The notes beneath the pieces are model-generated. The model ran no database searches, had not been told where the DNA came from, and worked only from the letters and a program-made list of their open reading frames with translations. A DNA stretch of 60,986 nucleotides. It comes from an uncultured Gammaproteobacteria bacterium. GTDB taxonomy: Bacteria > Patescibacteriota > Patescibacteriia > Buchananbacterales > UBA6539. How positions within the stretch are numbered: position 1 is the first letter of the stretch; every line of letters starts with the position of its first letter. Below are positions 12,189-20,572 of this stretch, piece after piece. The position numbers and the translations under genes were made by a program. The DNA is taken from the NCBI GenBank assembly GCA_964535715.1, contig CAZHUO010000004.1, positions 1 through 60,986 of the forward strand, written 5' to 3'.

Positions 12189-12788
12189 ATGAACATCTTG
12201 GGAAAACTAATTGTTATTTACGGTTCGAATAACCTGGGTAAAACCACCCAGGCTAAATTGTTAGTGAAAAAATTAAACCAAGAAAATTTAAAAACTGAAT
12301 ACTTAAAATATCCAATCTATGACTCTGAACCGACCGGACCGCGGATCAACCAGATTCTGCGCGGTGGGCAAACTCAGCAAATATCCGAATTAGAATTGCA
12401 GCAGCTTTATGCCCAAAATCGCCTTGACTATGAATTTAATCTAAAAGATAAATTAAACCAGGGCATCAATGTCGTTGCTGAAGATTATATTGGTACCGGT
12501 TTAGCTTGGGGCGTAACCAAAGGTGCACCGCTTGCAGAACTAGAAAAACAAAATCAAGAATTAATAAGGGAAGATATGGCTATTCTTTTGGATGGCGAAA
12601 GATTTTTAGATGGTAAAGAAAAAAACCATCTGCATGAGCAAAGCGATGAATGGATGACAAAGAACCGCCAGATTCACTTGGATTTAGCAAAAAAATATGG
12701 CTGGCAAATTATTAATGCAAACCAGTCAAAAGAAGATGTCGCCGATAAAATCTGGCAAAAAATTAAGCCGATGTTGACGGACAAATAG
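12189..12788 (+). CDS. tmk: thymidylate kinase-like P-loop kinase
   Basis: P-loop YGSNNLGKTTQ. The start was moved to ATG 12189, because the track start 12165 is a TTG inside an 8-mer repeat. Confidence 0.75.
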   Translation: MNILGKLIVIYGSNNLGKTTQAKLLVKKLNQENLKTEYLKYPIYDSEPTGPRINQILRGGQTQQISELELQQLYAQNRLDYEFNLKDKLNQGINVVAEDYIGTGLAWGVTKGAPLAELEKQNQELIREDMAILLDGERFLDGKEKNHLHEQSDEWMTKNRQIHLDLAKKYGWQIINANQSKEDVADKIWQKIKPMLTDK

Positions 12789-12951
12789 TTTGATGCTAAT
12801 ATCATTATCTAAATAAAATTTTTTTAAAAACGAAGCCAAGGTGGACAAAAATGAAGCTGGGTTTGAAAAGATTATCAGTTAAAGCCGTAAAAAATGACAC
12901 CGGACACTGACATTAGCATCGCTTTTTTATCATAATTAATATAAATTTATT

Positions 12952-14487
12952 ATGAAATTAACCCCAATAATTGGTCTAGAAATACATGTCCAGCTGAAAA
13001 CAAAATCAAAAATGTTTTGCGGTTGCGATAATTGTGGCGAAGAAAAACCAGCTAATACAACCGTCTGTCCGGTCTGTATGGGTCACCCCGGTGTTCTACC
13101 GGTAATAAACCGCCAAGCAATTGAATGGTCGGTAATGTCGGCTTTGGCTATCAAATGCCAAATACCAAAAATTTCCAAGTTTGACCGAAAAAGCTATTTT
13201 TATCCCGATTTGCCCAAAGCATACCAGATTTCCCAATACGACAAGCCGATTGGGCAAAAAGGATTTTTAATAATCGATACGCCGACTGGCCGGCGCCGGA
13301 TCGGCATTACTCGCCTTCACCTCGAAGAAGATGCGGCAAAAAATTTCCATTCAGCCGATGGTAAAAATACATTAGTTGATTACAATCGCTCAAGCACTCC
13401 TTTAATGGAAATTGTAACCGAACCCGACATTAGAACTCCCCAGGAGGCAAAAATATTCATGCAGGAGTTAAGGTTAATAATGCGCTATTTGGGAGTTTCA
13501 GAAGCCGATATGGAGAAAGGCCATCTGCGCTGCGATGCCAATATTTCAATGACTGATCAGCCGGCGGAAGCGGTTGATATTAAAAAGCTTAACCCAAAAA
13601 CAGAGATTAAGAATATTAATTCTTTCCGCTCGGTTGAGAAAGCGTTGGAATATGAAATCAAGCGCCAAACCGAGCTTTGGAAAGATGGTAATTTGCCAAA
13701 AACACAAAGCACCCGGGGCTGGAATGAGAACAAAGGAATAACCGAGGATCAAAGGACAAAAGAAGAAGCATCTGACTACCGTTATTTCCCCGATCCCGAC
13801 TTGCCGCCTTTAAATTTCACCCGTAATGCCCCAAACGGTTTTGATGTTGAAGCGATTAAAAACAGCTTAATTGAATTGCCCCAGGCAAAAAGGCAGCGGT
13901 TCAAGAATGAATATGAGCTAAGCGCAGAAAATGCAAAAACTTTGGCTGACGATAAAAACATGGCTGAATTTTTTGAAAAAACAATATCAGAGCTTCGGGC
14001 TTGGCTTATCTCGCTTGGAGAAATAGAAGGAACAAATGAAGAAATTTGGCAGAAAGGCAAGGGAAAATTAACTAAACTTACTGCCAACTGGCTTACAAAC
14101 AAATTATTGGCAATAATTTATAAAGACGGAAAAGACCTAGTTGAAATAGTAAATATAACCGCGGAAAATTTTGCTGAATTTATTACAATAATCTACCAAA
14201 ATAAAATAAATTCTTCAATTGCACAAAAAATCTTAGAAAAAATGTACCAAACCGGCAAGGATCCTTCAGACATTATGAGTGAAGAAGATTTAAGTGAAGG
14301 CACAAACGCTCAAGATTTAGAAAATATTACTGATCAGATAATAAAAAACAATCACAAACAGGTTGAACAATACAAGTCAGGAAAAGAAACTGTTATTCAA
14401 TTTTTTATCGGCCAAATAATGAAAGAAACAAAAGGCAAGGCCAACCCAAAAGAGGTCAAAGATATTTTAATTTATAAATTAAAATAA
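12952..14487 (+). CDS. gatB: Asp/Glu-tRNA amidotransferase subunit B
   Basis: IGLEIHVQL, CPVCMGHPGVLP and a C-terminal YqeY-like tail. Confidence 0.95.
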   Translation: MKLTPIIGLEIHVQLKTKSKMFCGCDNCGEEKPANTTVCPVCMGHPGVLPVINRQAIEWSVMSALAIKCQIPKISKFDRKSYFYPDLPKAYQISQYDKPIGQKGFLIIDTPTGRRRIGITRLHLEEDAAKNFHSADGKNTLVDYNRSSTPLMEIVTEPDIRTPQEAKIFMQELRLIMRYLGVSEADMEKGHLRCDANISMTDQPAEAVDIKKLNPKTEIKNINSFRSVEKALEYEIKRQTELWKDGNLPKTQSTRGWNENKGITEDQRTKEEASDYRYFPDPDLPPLNFTRNAPNGFDVEAIKNSLIELPQAKRQRFKNEYELSAENAKTLADDKNMAEFFEKTISELRAWLISLGEIEGTNEEIWQKGKGKLTKLTANWLTNKLLAIIYKDGKDLVEIVNITAENFAEFITIIYQNKINSSIAQKILEKMYQTGKDPSDIMSEEDLSEGTNAQDLENITDQIIKNNHKQVEQYKSGKETVIQFFIGQIMKETKGKANPKEVKDILIYKLK

Positions 14488-14488
14488 T

Positions 14489-14803
14489 ATGGATAAATTA
14501 ATGTCAAGACATGTTGAAAGACAATTTAACAAAGAAGCATCACAATCAAATAAAAGTGAAAAAGATCAGATAAGAAAGGAGATAGAAAAAAATCTATTAT
14601 CAGCAATACAAACGCTTGAAGACTTCAAGCATGGCGATGCAAATGTCTGGAGTTTGCCGACTGGATCAGAATTTAAGAGATATGCCGATGCAGCAAGAAC
14701 TTTTATTAAGGCTGACGAATTGGGTATAAATGAGGCGGTAACAAGAGAAGAACTGCTAAGGCCGGCAAATGAGATATTGAATGCCGAAAATACAATGAGC
14801 TAA
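14489..14803 (+). CDS. hypothetical protein
   Basis: 104-aa ORF starting 2 nt after the gatB stop. Confidence 0.45.
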   Translation: MDKLMSRHVERQFNKEASQSNKSEKDQIRKEIEKNLLSAIQTLEDFKHGDANVWSLPTGSEFKRYADAARTFIKADELGINEAVTREELLRPANEILNAENTMS

Positions 14804-14814
14804 AATTACAAAAA

Positions 14815-14834
14815 ATTTCGAAGAAAATCGAAAT
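14815..14834. terminator. weak bidirectional hairpin between convergent genes
   Basis: atttcg-aagaaaa-tcgaaat flanked by A and T runs. Confidence 0.35.
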
Positions 14835-14847
14835 ATTTTATTTCAAT

Positions 14848-17031
14848 TTAATTTTTAGCTAAAAAATCAGAAATGATTTTTTTTATTTTAGAAAAATTAT
14901 TTTCCCAAATTATTTCCTTATTACGCTTAAACCAGGTTATTTGGCGCTTGGCAAAATCTTTTATTGCCCGGCTTAAAAATATAAGCAATTTTTCCTTGCT
15001 GATTTTTTGTTTCAAATATTTTGAAACAAAGCGATATTCCAAACCAAATTCATCAAGCCTTTTATAGCTTAATCCCCTCTTTTTCAAATCTTTTATTTCA
15101 TCAATCATACCCTCATTAAATATCCGATGTTCCAGGCGCCTGTCAATTCTTCGGTGTAAAACATTTTTTGGATAAGTAACGCCGATTTGCAAAAAATCGT
15201 ATGGCGGCTTTAAATTAGCCGGCCGCTGCGACTTAGGTATTCCGGTCTCGTAATAAATTTCCAAAGCCCGCTGAACTCTCCGCCGGTTATTTTTGTCGAC
15301 TACTGAATAAGTTTTAAAATCAATAACCTTTAACCTTGTCAATAACTGTTTTAAAGTTAGCCTGTCAAGTTTTTTTCTGATTCTTGATTCATGATTCTTA
15401 ATTCTTGATTCTTGCAAATTGTAGCCATCAACTAATGCGGAAATATACAAGCCGGTGCCGCCGCAGACAATCGGCAGCTTGCCCCGCTTCAAAATATCTT
15501 CGATTGCCAAAATCGCCTGCTTTTGCCATTTTGCCATCGTAAATTGCTCTTTAGGATCAGCCACATCTATAAGATGATAAGGAATTCCATCAGATTTAAC
15601 TTTTAACTTTTGACTTTTGAGATTTATTTCATACTCAGCCAGATCCTTGCCAGTTCCTATATCCATTCCCTGATAAACTTGCCGCGAATCAGCCGAAATT
15701 ATTTCGCCATTGAATTTTTTGGCCAGCTTGACTGCAATCTTAGTTTTACCCGAAGCGGTAGTCCCTAAAACGACTAAAACTTTAGGCAACTCGCCGCTTA
15801 AACCCCATTCATAACAACCTATCACTTTAACCAAAATAATTTTGCCGGTGTAATCAGCTCCTGATTTAAATTTTATATTTTTGAAATTATAAGTTTTTCC
15901 AAAACAATAACCGTTTTTGCATTTATCAACCAGCACTTCAATTGTTTTACCAACCAGCCGCTTATTTTTTTGCAGTGCGGTCTTTTTTAATATGTCCGTC
16001 AAAATCCTTTCGCGGTTTCTTTTTTCTTCCTTTGAAACGTTATTAGAGAACTTTGCCGAAGCTGTACCTATTCGGGGCGAATATTGGGCGATATAGGCCA
16101 TGTCAAATTTTACCTCTTTGAAAAGTTTCGCTGTATTTAAAAATTGCTTTTTTGTCTCTCCCGGAAAGCCAACAATAATATCAGTTGATACTGTAATTTC
16201 GGCAATAACTTTTCTGACTTTTTCAACTAATTTTATGTAATGTCGTACGGTATAATGCCGGTTCATAAGGCGCAATATTTCATCATCTCCCGATTGAACC
16301 GGCAAATGAAGGTACGGTATCAAATGTTTTGCCAAAGCCATTTCTGCTATAAGACTGTCTGACATATCTTTTGGATGGCTGGTAGCAAAAGAAAGCCAGT
16401 AATTTCCCGGGATACTATCAACCATATTCAATAATTTTGGAAAGTCAATATTTTGGTCTTTGTAGCTGTTTACATTTTGTCCTGATAAAATTATTTCTTT
16501 GTAGTCTTTTAAGACAAGTTCGCGACATTCTTTTAAAATATCAGAAGCTTTTCTAGAAACTTCCCTCCCGCGAGTATAAGGGACAACGCAATACGAGCAA
16601 AAATTGTTGCAGCCGGTCATTATCGGAACATAGGCTTGAAATTTTGATTGGTAGCTTGGGTGAATTTTGAAATAATTATCAGCTTTTAGCTGATAGCTTT
16701 TAGCTTTTAGAAGTTTCGGTAGAGTAGCTAAGTCCTTAATATCAAAAATAATGTCAAAAATTTGATTCATTTTAGATAAATCTGATTTTAAAACACAGCC
16801 GGATAAAACCGTAATTAAAGGCCGGCTTTTTTTGATTTGTTGAAATTTTTGTTTCAGGCCGAAAATCCGGTCAATTGCCGACTGGCGAACCGAACAGGCC
16901 AAAACAATAATTAAATCAGCCTCAGATTGATTTGAGGTTTTTTCATAATTTAAATTTTTTAAAACTGCCTGGATTTTTTCGGAATCGGACTGATTAAATT
17001 GACAGCCAAAAACAATTGAGTAATATTTCAT
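14848..17031 (-). CDS. miaB-miaA: fusion protein: MiaB-type radical-SAM methylthiotransferase (N) plus tRNA dimethylallyltransferase MiaA (C)
   Basis: Residues 1-415 carry N-terminal Cys10/46/79, the CNNFCSYC radical-SAM motif and a TRAM domain. Residues 416-727 begin VVLGTTASGKTK...ADSRQVYQGMDIGTGK (MiaA). Confidence 0.9.
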   Translation of the reverse strand: MKYYSIVFGCQFNQSDSEKIQAVLKNLNYEKTSNQSEADLIIVLACSVRQSAIDRIFGLKQKFQQIKKSRPLITVLSGCVLKSDLSKMNQIFDIIFDIKDLATLPKLLKAKSYQLKADNYFKIHPSYQSKFQAYVPIMTGCNNFCSYCVVPYTRGREVSRKASDILKECRELVLKDYKEIILSGQNVNSYKDQNIDFPKLLNMVDSIPGNYWLSFATSHPKDMSDSLIAEMALAKHLIPYLHLPVQSGDDEILRLMNRHYTVRHYIKLVEKVRKVIAEITVSTDIIVGFPGETKKQFLNTAKLFKEVKFDMAYIAQYSPRIGTASAKFSNNVSKEEKRNRERILTDILKKTALQKNKRLVGKTIEVLVDKCKNGYCFGKTYNFKNIKFKSGADYTGKIILVKVIGCYEWGLSGELPKVLVVLGTTASGKTKIAVKLAKKFNGEIISADSRQVYQGMDIGTGKDLAEYEINLKSQKLKVKSDGIPYHLIDVADPKEQFTMAKWQKQAILAIEDILKRGKLPIVCGGTGLYISALVDGYNLQESRIKNHESRIRKKLDRLTLKQLLTRLKVIDFKTYSVVDKNNRRRVQRALEIYYETGIPKSQRPANLKPPYDFLQIGVTYPKNVLHRRIDRRLEHRIFNEGMIDEIKDLKKRGLSYKRLDEFGLEYRFVSKYLKQKISKEKLLIFLSRAIKDFAKRQITWFKRNKEIIWENNFSKIKKIISDFLAKN

Positions 17032-17079
17032 AATAATTTTAAAATATCAGAAATAGTAAATTTTTTCAAGGATATTTAC

Positions 17080-17108
17080 TTGACTAAACTTGCTATTTGG
17101 CTTAATAT
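17080..17108 (+). promoter_or_regulatory. sigma70-like promoter
   Basis: TTGACT, 17 nt spacer, TAATAT, upstream of three small membrane ORFs. Confidence 0.4.
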
Positions 17109-17171
17109 AAGCTAAATGTGCCTTTGCCCTTTAAAATATAGTACCCCCACCAAACAATAAAGGATCAACCG

Positions 17172-17300
17172 ATGGATAAAAAATTCCATAAAAAACAAAG
17201 AAATGACGGACTGGATAGCCTGATAAAAAAAATTCTGGTTATCTTTTCAATAGTTCTGATGGCTATAATGATATTTTATTTTGTTAAAAGCTGGTTTTAG
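17172..17300 (+). CDS. small single-TM protein (42 aa), not in the ORF track
   Basis: MDKKFHKKQRNDGLDSLIKKILVIFSIVLMAIMIFYFVKSWF, preceded by AAGGA. Confidence 0.35.
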   Translation: MDKKFHKKQRNDGLDSLIKKILVIFSIVLMAIMIFYFVKSWF

Positions 17301-17342
17301 GACTTTTTGCATAAAATAAAAATCAAACTGAAAGGAGAGCTG

Positions 17343-17474
17343 ATGATGACAATAAAAATCATTATTTCTCTGGCAAAAAAAGGATCAGTTATTTTGGCAA
17401 TAATCATTGCGCTGATAATTATTTATTATGCAAATGATTATGTCCGCAATTGTTTTTTGCCGGCAAACCCTTAA
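17343..17474 (+). CDS. small single-TM protein (43 aa), not in the ORF track
   Basis: MMTIKIIISLAKKGSVILAIIIALIIIYYANDYVRNCFLPANP, preceded by AAAGGAGAG. Confidence 0.35.
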   Translation: MMTIKIIISLAKKGSVILAIIIALIIIYYANDYVRNCFLPANP

Positions 17475-17505
17475 AAAAATTTGGCGAAAGCCAAAAGGAG
17501 AAAAC

Positions 17506-17952
17506 ATGAAGAACTTGATGATTTTGCTACCGCTTATTTTCTGCGCTGGCTGCGCTAATCTTAGCCAGCAATACGACAACAACAGCCAATACACGACAAA
17601 CGGCCTGATGTTTCCCTTCATAACTTATCAAGAAGCTGAATTTGCGGGCATGCCGTTTTATGTAACTTCGGCAGTGCAGCCAAATTCAATGCTTAAGCCA
17701 CAAGTATTCATCTTAAATGCTTGGAAAGGCAAAAAAAGCTTGGGCATCATCGGCAAAGGCACGCTTCAGGAAGATGGAATAGTTTGGATAAACTTCAACG
17801 ATGGAAAATTTCAAACTGAAGCAATGACAAAATACCTTTTCATCGTTATGCCTGAAAAAAAGGAAAATGAGGTGCTTGTCAGGCAAATTGTTTTTTTAGC
17901 CGACCGGATGCTGGAATGGGACGGAAGCGATCCCAAGAATCCTCCCGAATAA
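17506..17952 (+). CDS. lipoprotein, function unknown
   Basis: Start moved to ATG 17506, which follows AAGGAG. Lipobox LIFCAGC. Confidence 0.6.
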   Translation: MKNLMILLPLIFCAGCANLSQQYDNNSQYTTNGLMFPFITYQEAEFAGMPFYVTSAVQPNSMLKPQVFILNAWKGKKSLGIIGKGTLQEDGIVWINFNDGKFQTEAMTKYLFIVMPEKKENEVLVRQIVFLADRMLEWDGSDPKNPPE

Positions 17953-17958
17953 TTTCAA

Positions 17959-17991
17959 AACCCCGCTGTTATGCATGGCGGGGTCTTTTTT
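17959..17991 (+). terminator. intrinsic terminator
   Basis: ccccgc...gcgggg hairpin followed by tcttttttatt. Confidence 0.7.
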
Positions 17992-18019
17992 ATTCCAATA
18001 CAAATTACAACCAACTCCT

Positions 18020-18120
18020 ACAAATACGAATAATTACGAATATACAAATTGGAATGCCAAGTTATTCGTATATTCGTATGATTCGTATTCGTAGTAATAT
18101 TAAAAATTCGTATTTCGTAG
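18020..18120. repeat. tacgaata/attcgta palindromic element (copy 1)
   Basis: Core 18035-18078 is tacgaatatacaaat-tggaatgccaag-ttattcgtatattcgta. A near copy lies at 59054-59098. Confidence 0.7.
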
Positions 18121-18125
18121 TGATA

Positions 18126-19904
18126 TTATTTTCTATCCTTAATCTCTTTTACAACTCTTTCAATAAACTTTTGCCGGCTGATTGCTTCCATTTCCTTCTG
18201 CCCCCTGATTCTAACACTTAAGTCTTTGCTTTTTGCTTCTTTTTCGCCGATGACCAAAGTATAAGGAACCTTGGCTTTTTCGCTTTTTCTGATTTTATAG
18301 CCGACAGTCTCGTTCAAGTTGTCAACAAAAACCCTAATTCCCTGATCTTTCAATTCAACGGCAAGCTTTTGGGCGTCTTGAATAAAATTTGCAGACACCG
18401 GCACGACTTGTACTTGAACTGGCGAAAGCCAAACCGGAAAAGCACCCGCATAATGCTCAATTAGAAAGCCAATCAACCTTTCGTGAGTGGAAAGGGGCGC
18501 ACGGTGAATGCAGATTGGCGTTTTTTCTTTTCCATCACTATCAACAAAAACCAAGCCGAATCTTTCGGGAACCGCAAAATCAACCTGATTTGTCGCTAAG
18601 GTAAACTCACGGCCGATTGCGCTGTATATCTGCACATCAATTTTAGGCCCGTAAAAAGCCGCTTCGTTAGACACTTCAATAAATGGCACTTTATTTTTGG
18701 TCAAAATACTCCTGATCATTTTTTCAGTTTTCAGCCAAAGTTTTTCATTATCAATATATTTTTTTCCCAAACCTTCCTTGCCGTGAGTACTGAATCTCAT
18801 GACATATTTTTCAATATTAAATATTTTAAAATATTTCAAATACAGGTCAACCACCGCCATAAATTCGGATTCAAACTGTTCTTCAGTGCAATAGATATGG
18901 GCATCGTTCATTTGCATCGACCTTACTCTCATTAAGCCGAAAAGTTCGCCGCTTTTTTCATACCGGTAGCAGGTGCCGTATTCGGCCAAGCGAATCGGCA
19001 AATCGCGGTAGCTTCTCATTTCAGAAGCGAAAATCAAATGGTGATGCGGGCAATTCATCGCCTTTAAATAATATTTGGTCTTTTTTCCATCTTCATCCAT
19101 AATCATCGGCGGGAACATGCTTTCTTCGTAATATGGCAAGTGACCGGAAGTTTTGTACATTTCTTCTTTAGCCAAGTGCGGAGTTTTTACCCGGCTATAT
19201 CCGCCAGCTTCTTCGGCTTCTTTTGCCAATTTTTCGATTTCTTCAATTATTATTGCGCCGTTTGGCAGCCATAAGGGAAGACCCGGGCCAACCATATCAT
19301 GAAATGAAAAAATCTTCAGTTCTTTGCCAATTTTCCGATGATCGCGCTTTTCGGCCTCAGCCAGCATCTTTAAATACTCATCAAGCTCCTTTTCTGAAAA
19401 AAATGCCGTTCCGTAAATTCTTTGCAGCATTTTGTTTTTTTCATCTCCCCGCCAGTAGGCGCCGGCGATTTTTTGGATTTTTACGGCGCCGATTTCTTTG
19501 GTGGATTTGACATGGGGACCTGCGCACAAATCAACAAATTTCTTTTTGCCATCTGGCATTTCCATCCGGTAAAAACTTAGTTTTTTTTCCCCTTCTTTCT
19601 TTAAGTCCTCGGCCATTTCCAGCTTGTAAGGCTGTTTTTTTGTTTTTAAATACTTTATTGCATCTTCAACTTTTACTTCGTATTTTTCAAATTTCTGGTT
19701 TTGCTTGATAATCTGCTTCATGAGTTTTTCAATTTTGACCAAATCATCCGCTGAAAAAGTTTTGCCGCCTAAGTCAAAATCATAATAAAAGCCGTCACTA
19801 ATGGCCGGGCCGATTGCCAGCTTGGCATCGGGAAAAAATTCTAAAACCGCCTGGGCCATTACATGGCTTGCGGAATGCCTGATTGTTTCTAAGTCTTTGG
19901 ACAT
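18126..19904 (-). CDS. thrS: threonine--tRNA ligase
   Basis: Editing-domain HxxxH motif (RHSASHVMAQA), class II core, and a C-terminal anticodon-binding domain. Confidence 0.95.
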   Translation of the reverse strand: MSKDLETIRHSASHVMAQAVLEFFPDAKLAIGPAISDGFYYDFDLGGKTFSADDLVKIEKLMKQIIKQNQKFEKYEVKVEDAIKYLKTKKQPYKLEMAEDLKKEGEKKLSFYRMEMPDGKKKFVDLCAGPHVKSTKEIGAVKIQKIAGAYWRGDEKNKMLQRIYGTAFFSEKELDEYLKMLAEAEKRDHRKIGKELKIFSFHDMVGPGLPLWLPNGAIIIEEIEKLAKEAEEAGGYSRVKTPHLAKEEMYKTSGHLPYYEESMFPPMIMDEDGKKTKYYLKAMNCPHHHLIFASEMRSYRDLPIRLAEYGTCYRYEKSGELFGLMRVRSMQMNDAHIYCTEEQFESEFMAVVDLYLKYFKIFNIEKYVMRFSTHGKEGLGKKYIDNEKLWLKTEKMIRSILTKNKVPFIEVSNEAAFYGPKIDVQIYSAIGREFTLATNQVDFAVPERFGLVFVDSDGKEKTPICIHRAPLSTHERLIGFLIEHYAGAFPVWLSPVQVQVVPVSANFIQDAQKLAVELKDQGIRVFVDNLNETVGYKIRKSEKAKVPYTLVIGEKEAKSKDLSVRIRGQKEMEAISRQKFIERVVKEIKDRK

Positions 19905-19907
19905 ATT

Positions 19908-19942
19908 TTAGGAATTAGGAATTAGGAATTAGGAATTAGGGT
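19908..19942. repeat. heptamer tandem repeat (ttaggaa x4 plus ttagggt) abutting the thrS start
   Basis: Read directly. It begins 4 nt upstream of the thrS ATG, with no Shine-Dalgarno sequence. Confidence 0.9.
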
Positions 19943-19944
19943 TT

Positions 19945-19990
19945 TGTCATTCTGAGCCTGCCAGCAAGCAGGGGTTTGTTTCAGAATCTC
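19945..19990. repeat. palindromic element tgtcattctgag...tttcagaatctc
   Basis: Outer arms attctga/tcagaat with an inner hairpin cctgc-cagcaa-gcagg. Same family as the first half of 11540-11612. Confidence 0.6.
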
Positions 19991-20012
19991 TTAATTCATA
20001 ATTCTTGATTCC

Positions 20013-20570
20013 TTATTCTTTATTCTTATTTTGCCATTCACTGCGCAATAAATCCATCCTAATCTGGTCATGGAAACATTTATTCAAATAGATTGCCTGC
20101 CTGATTCTACCAGCTTTTTTAAAACCAATTTTCTTATATGATTTTTCGCCCCTGACATTATAAGCGATATAACGCAAATAAATCATATGCAATTTCAATT
20201 TTTTAAAACCATAGTCAATTATTAATTTGCCGGCCTCAGTACCAAAGCCCTGCCCCCAATATTTTTTATCTCCAATAAAAATTCCATATTCGGCGTTTTT
20301 ATTTTCTTGGTCAATATTTTTCAAACTGACAGTCCCAATATGAACTCCGAAAGCGGTATCTATGGCAAAAGCCAGATTTTTTTTGTCTTTTTTATCCTCC
20401 ATCAGCCATTTACGCTCTTCTTTTAAAGTCGGCGGACCCTGGTGGTGCCAGCGGGATAAAAACTGAGTTAACTCCGGGTCGGCCAGCCAACGACAATAAT
20501 CGGCAGCGTCTTTTAATGACAACGGCCTTAGGGTTACGAGTTTGCCTTTTAGAATTACCTTGTTTTTCAT
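20013..20570 (-). CDS. GNAT family N-acetyltransferase (RimJ/RimL-like)
   Basis: 185 aa with WGQGFGTEA (Q/RxxGxG/A acetyl-CoA site). Confidence 0.85.
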   Translation of the reverse strand: MKNKVILKGKLVTLRPLSLKDAADYCRWLADPELTQFLSRWHHQGPPTLKEERKWLMEDKKDKKNLAFAIDTAFGVHIGTVSLKNIDQENKNAEYGIFIGDKKYWGQGFGTEAGKLIIDYGFKKLKLHMIYLRYIAYNVRGEKSYKKIGFKKAGRIRQAIYLNKCFHDQIRMDLLRSEWQNKNKE

Positions 20571-20572
20571 AT

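Noticed and set aside
12789-12951. The long-range pairing gatgctaat...attagcatc followed by a T-run upstream of gatB, considered as a possible T-box or other riboswitch.
   Set aside because: GGUGGAC occurs, but there is no T-box core, no antiterminator/terminator alternative and no other riboswitch motif I recognise. It is probably just a terminator-like structure after tmk.
17916-18221. ORF 17916..18221(+), which encodes IRIIRI-type low-complexity sequence.
   Set aside because: It is a translation of the tacgaata palindromic repeat, and it overlaps the thrS 3' end.
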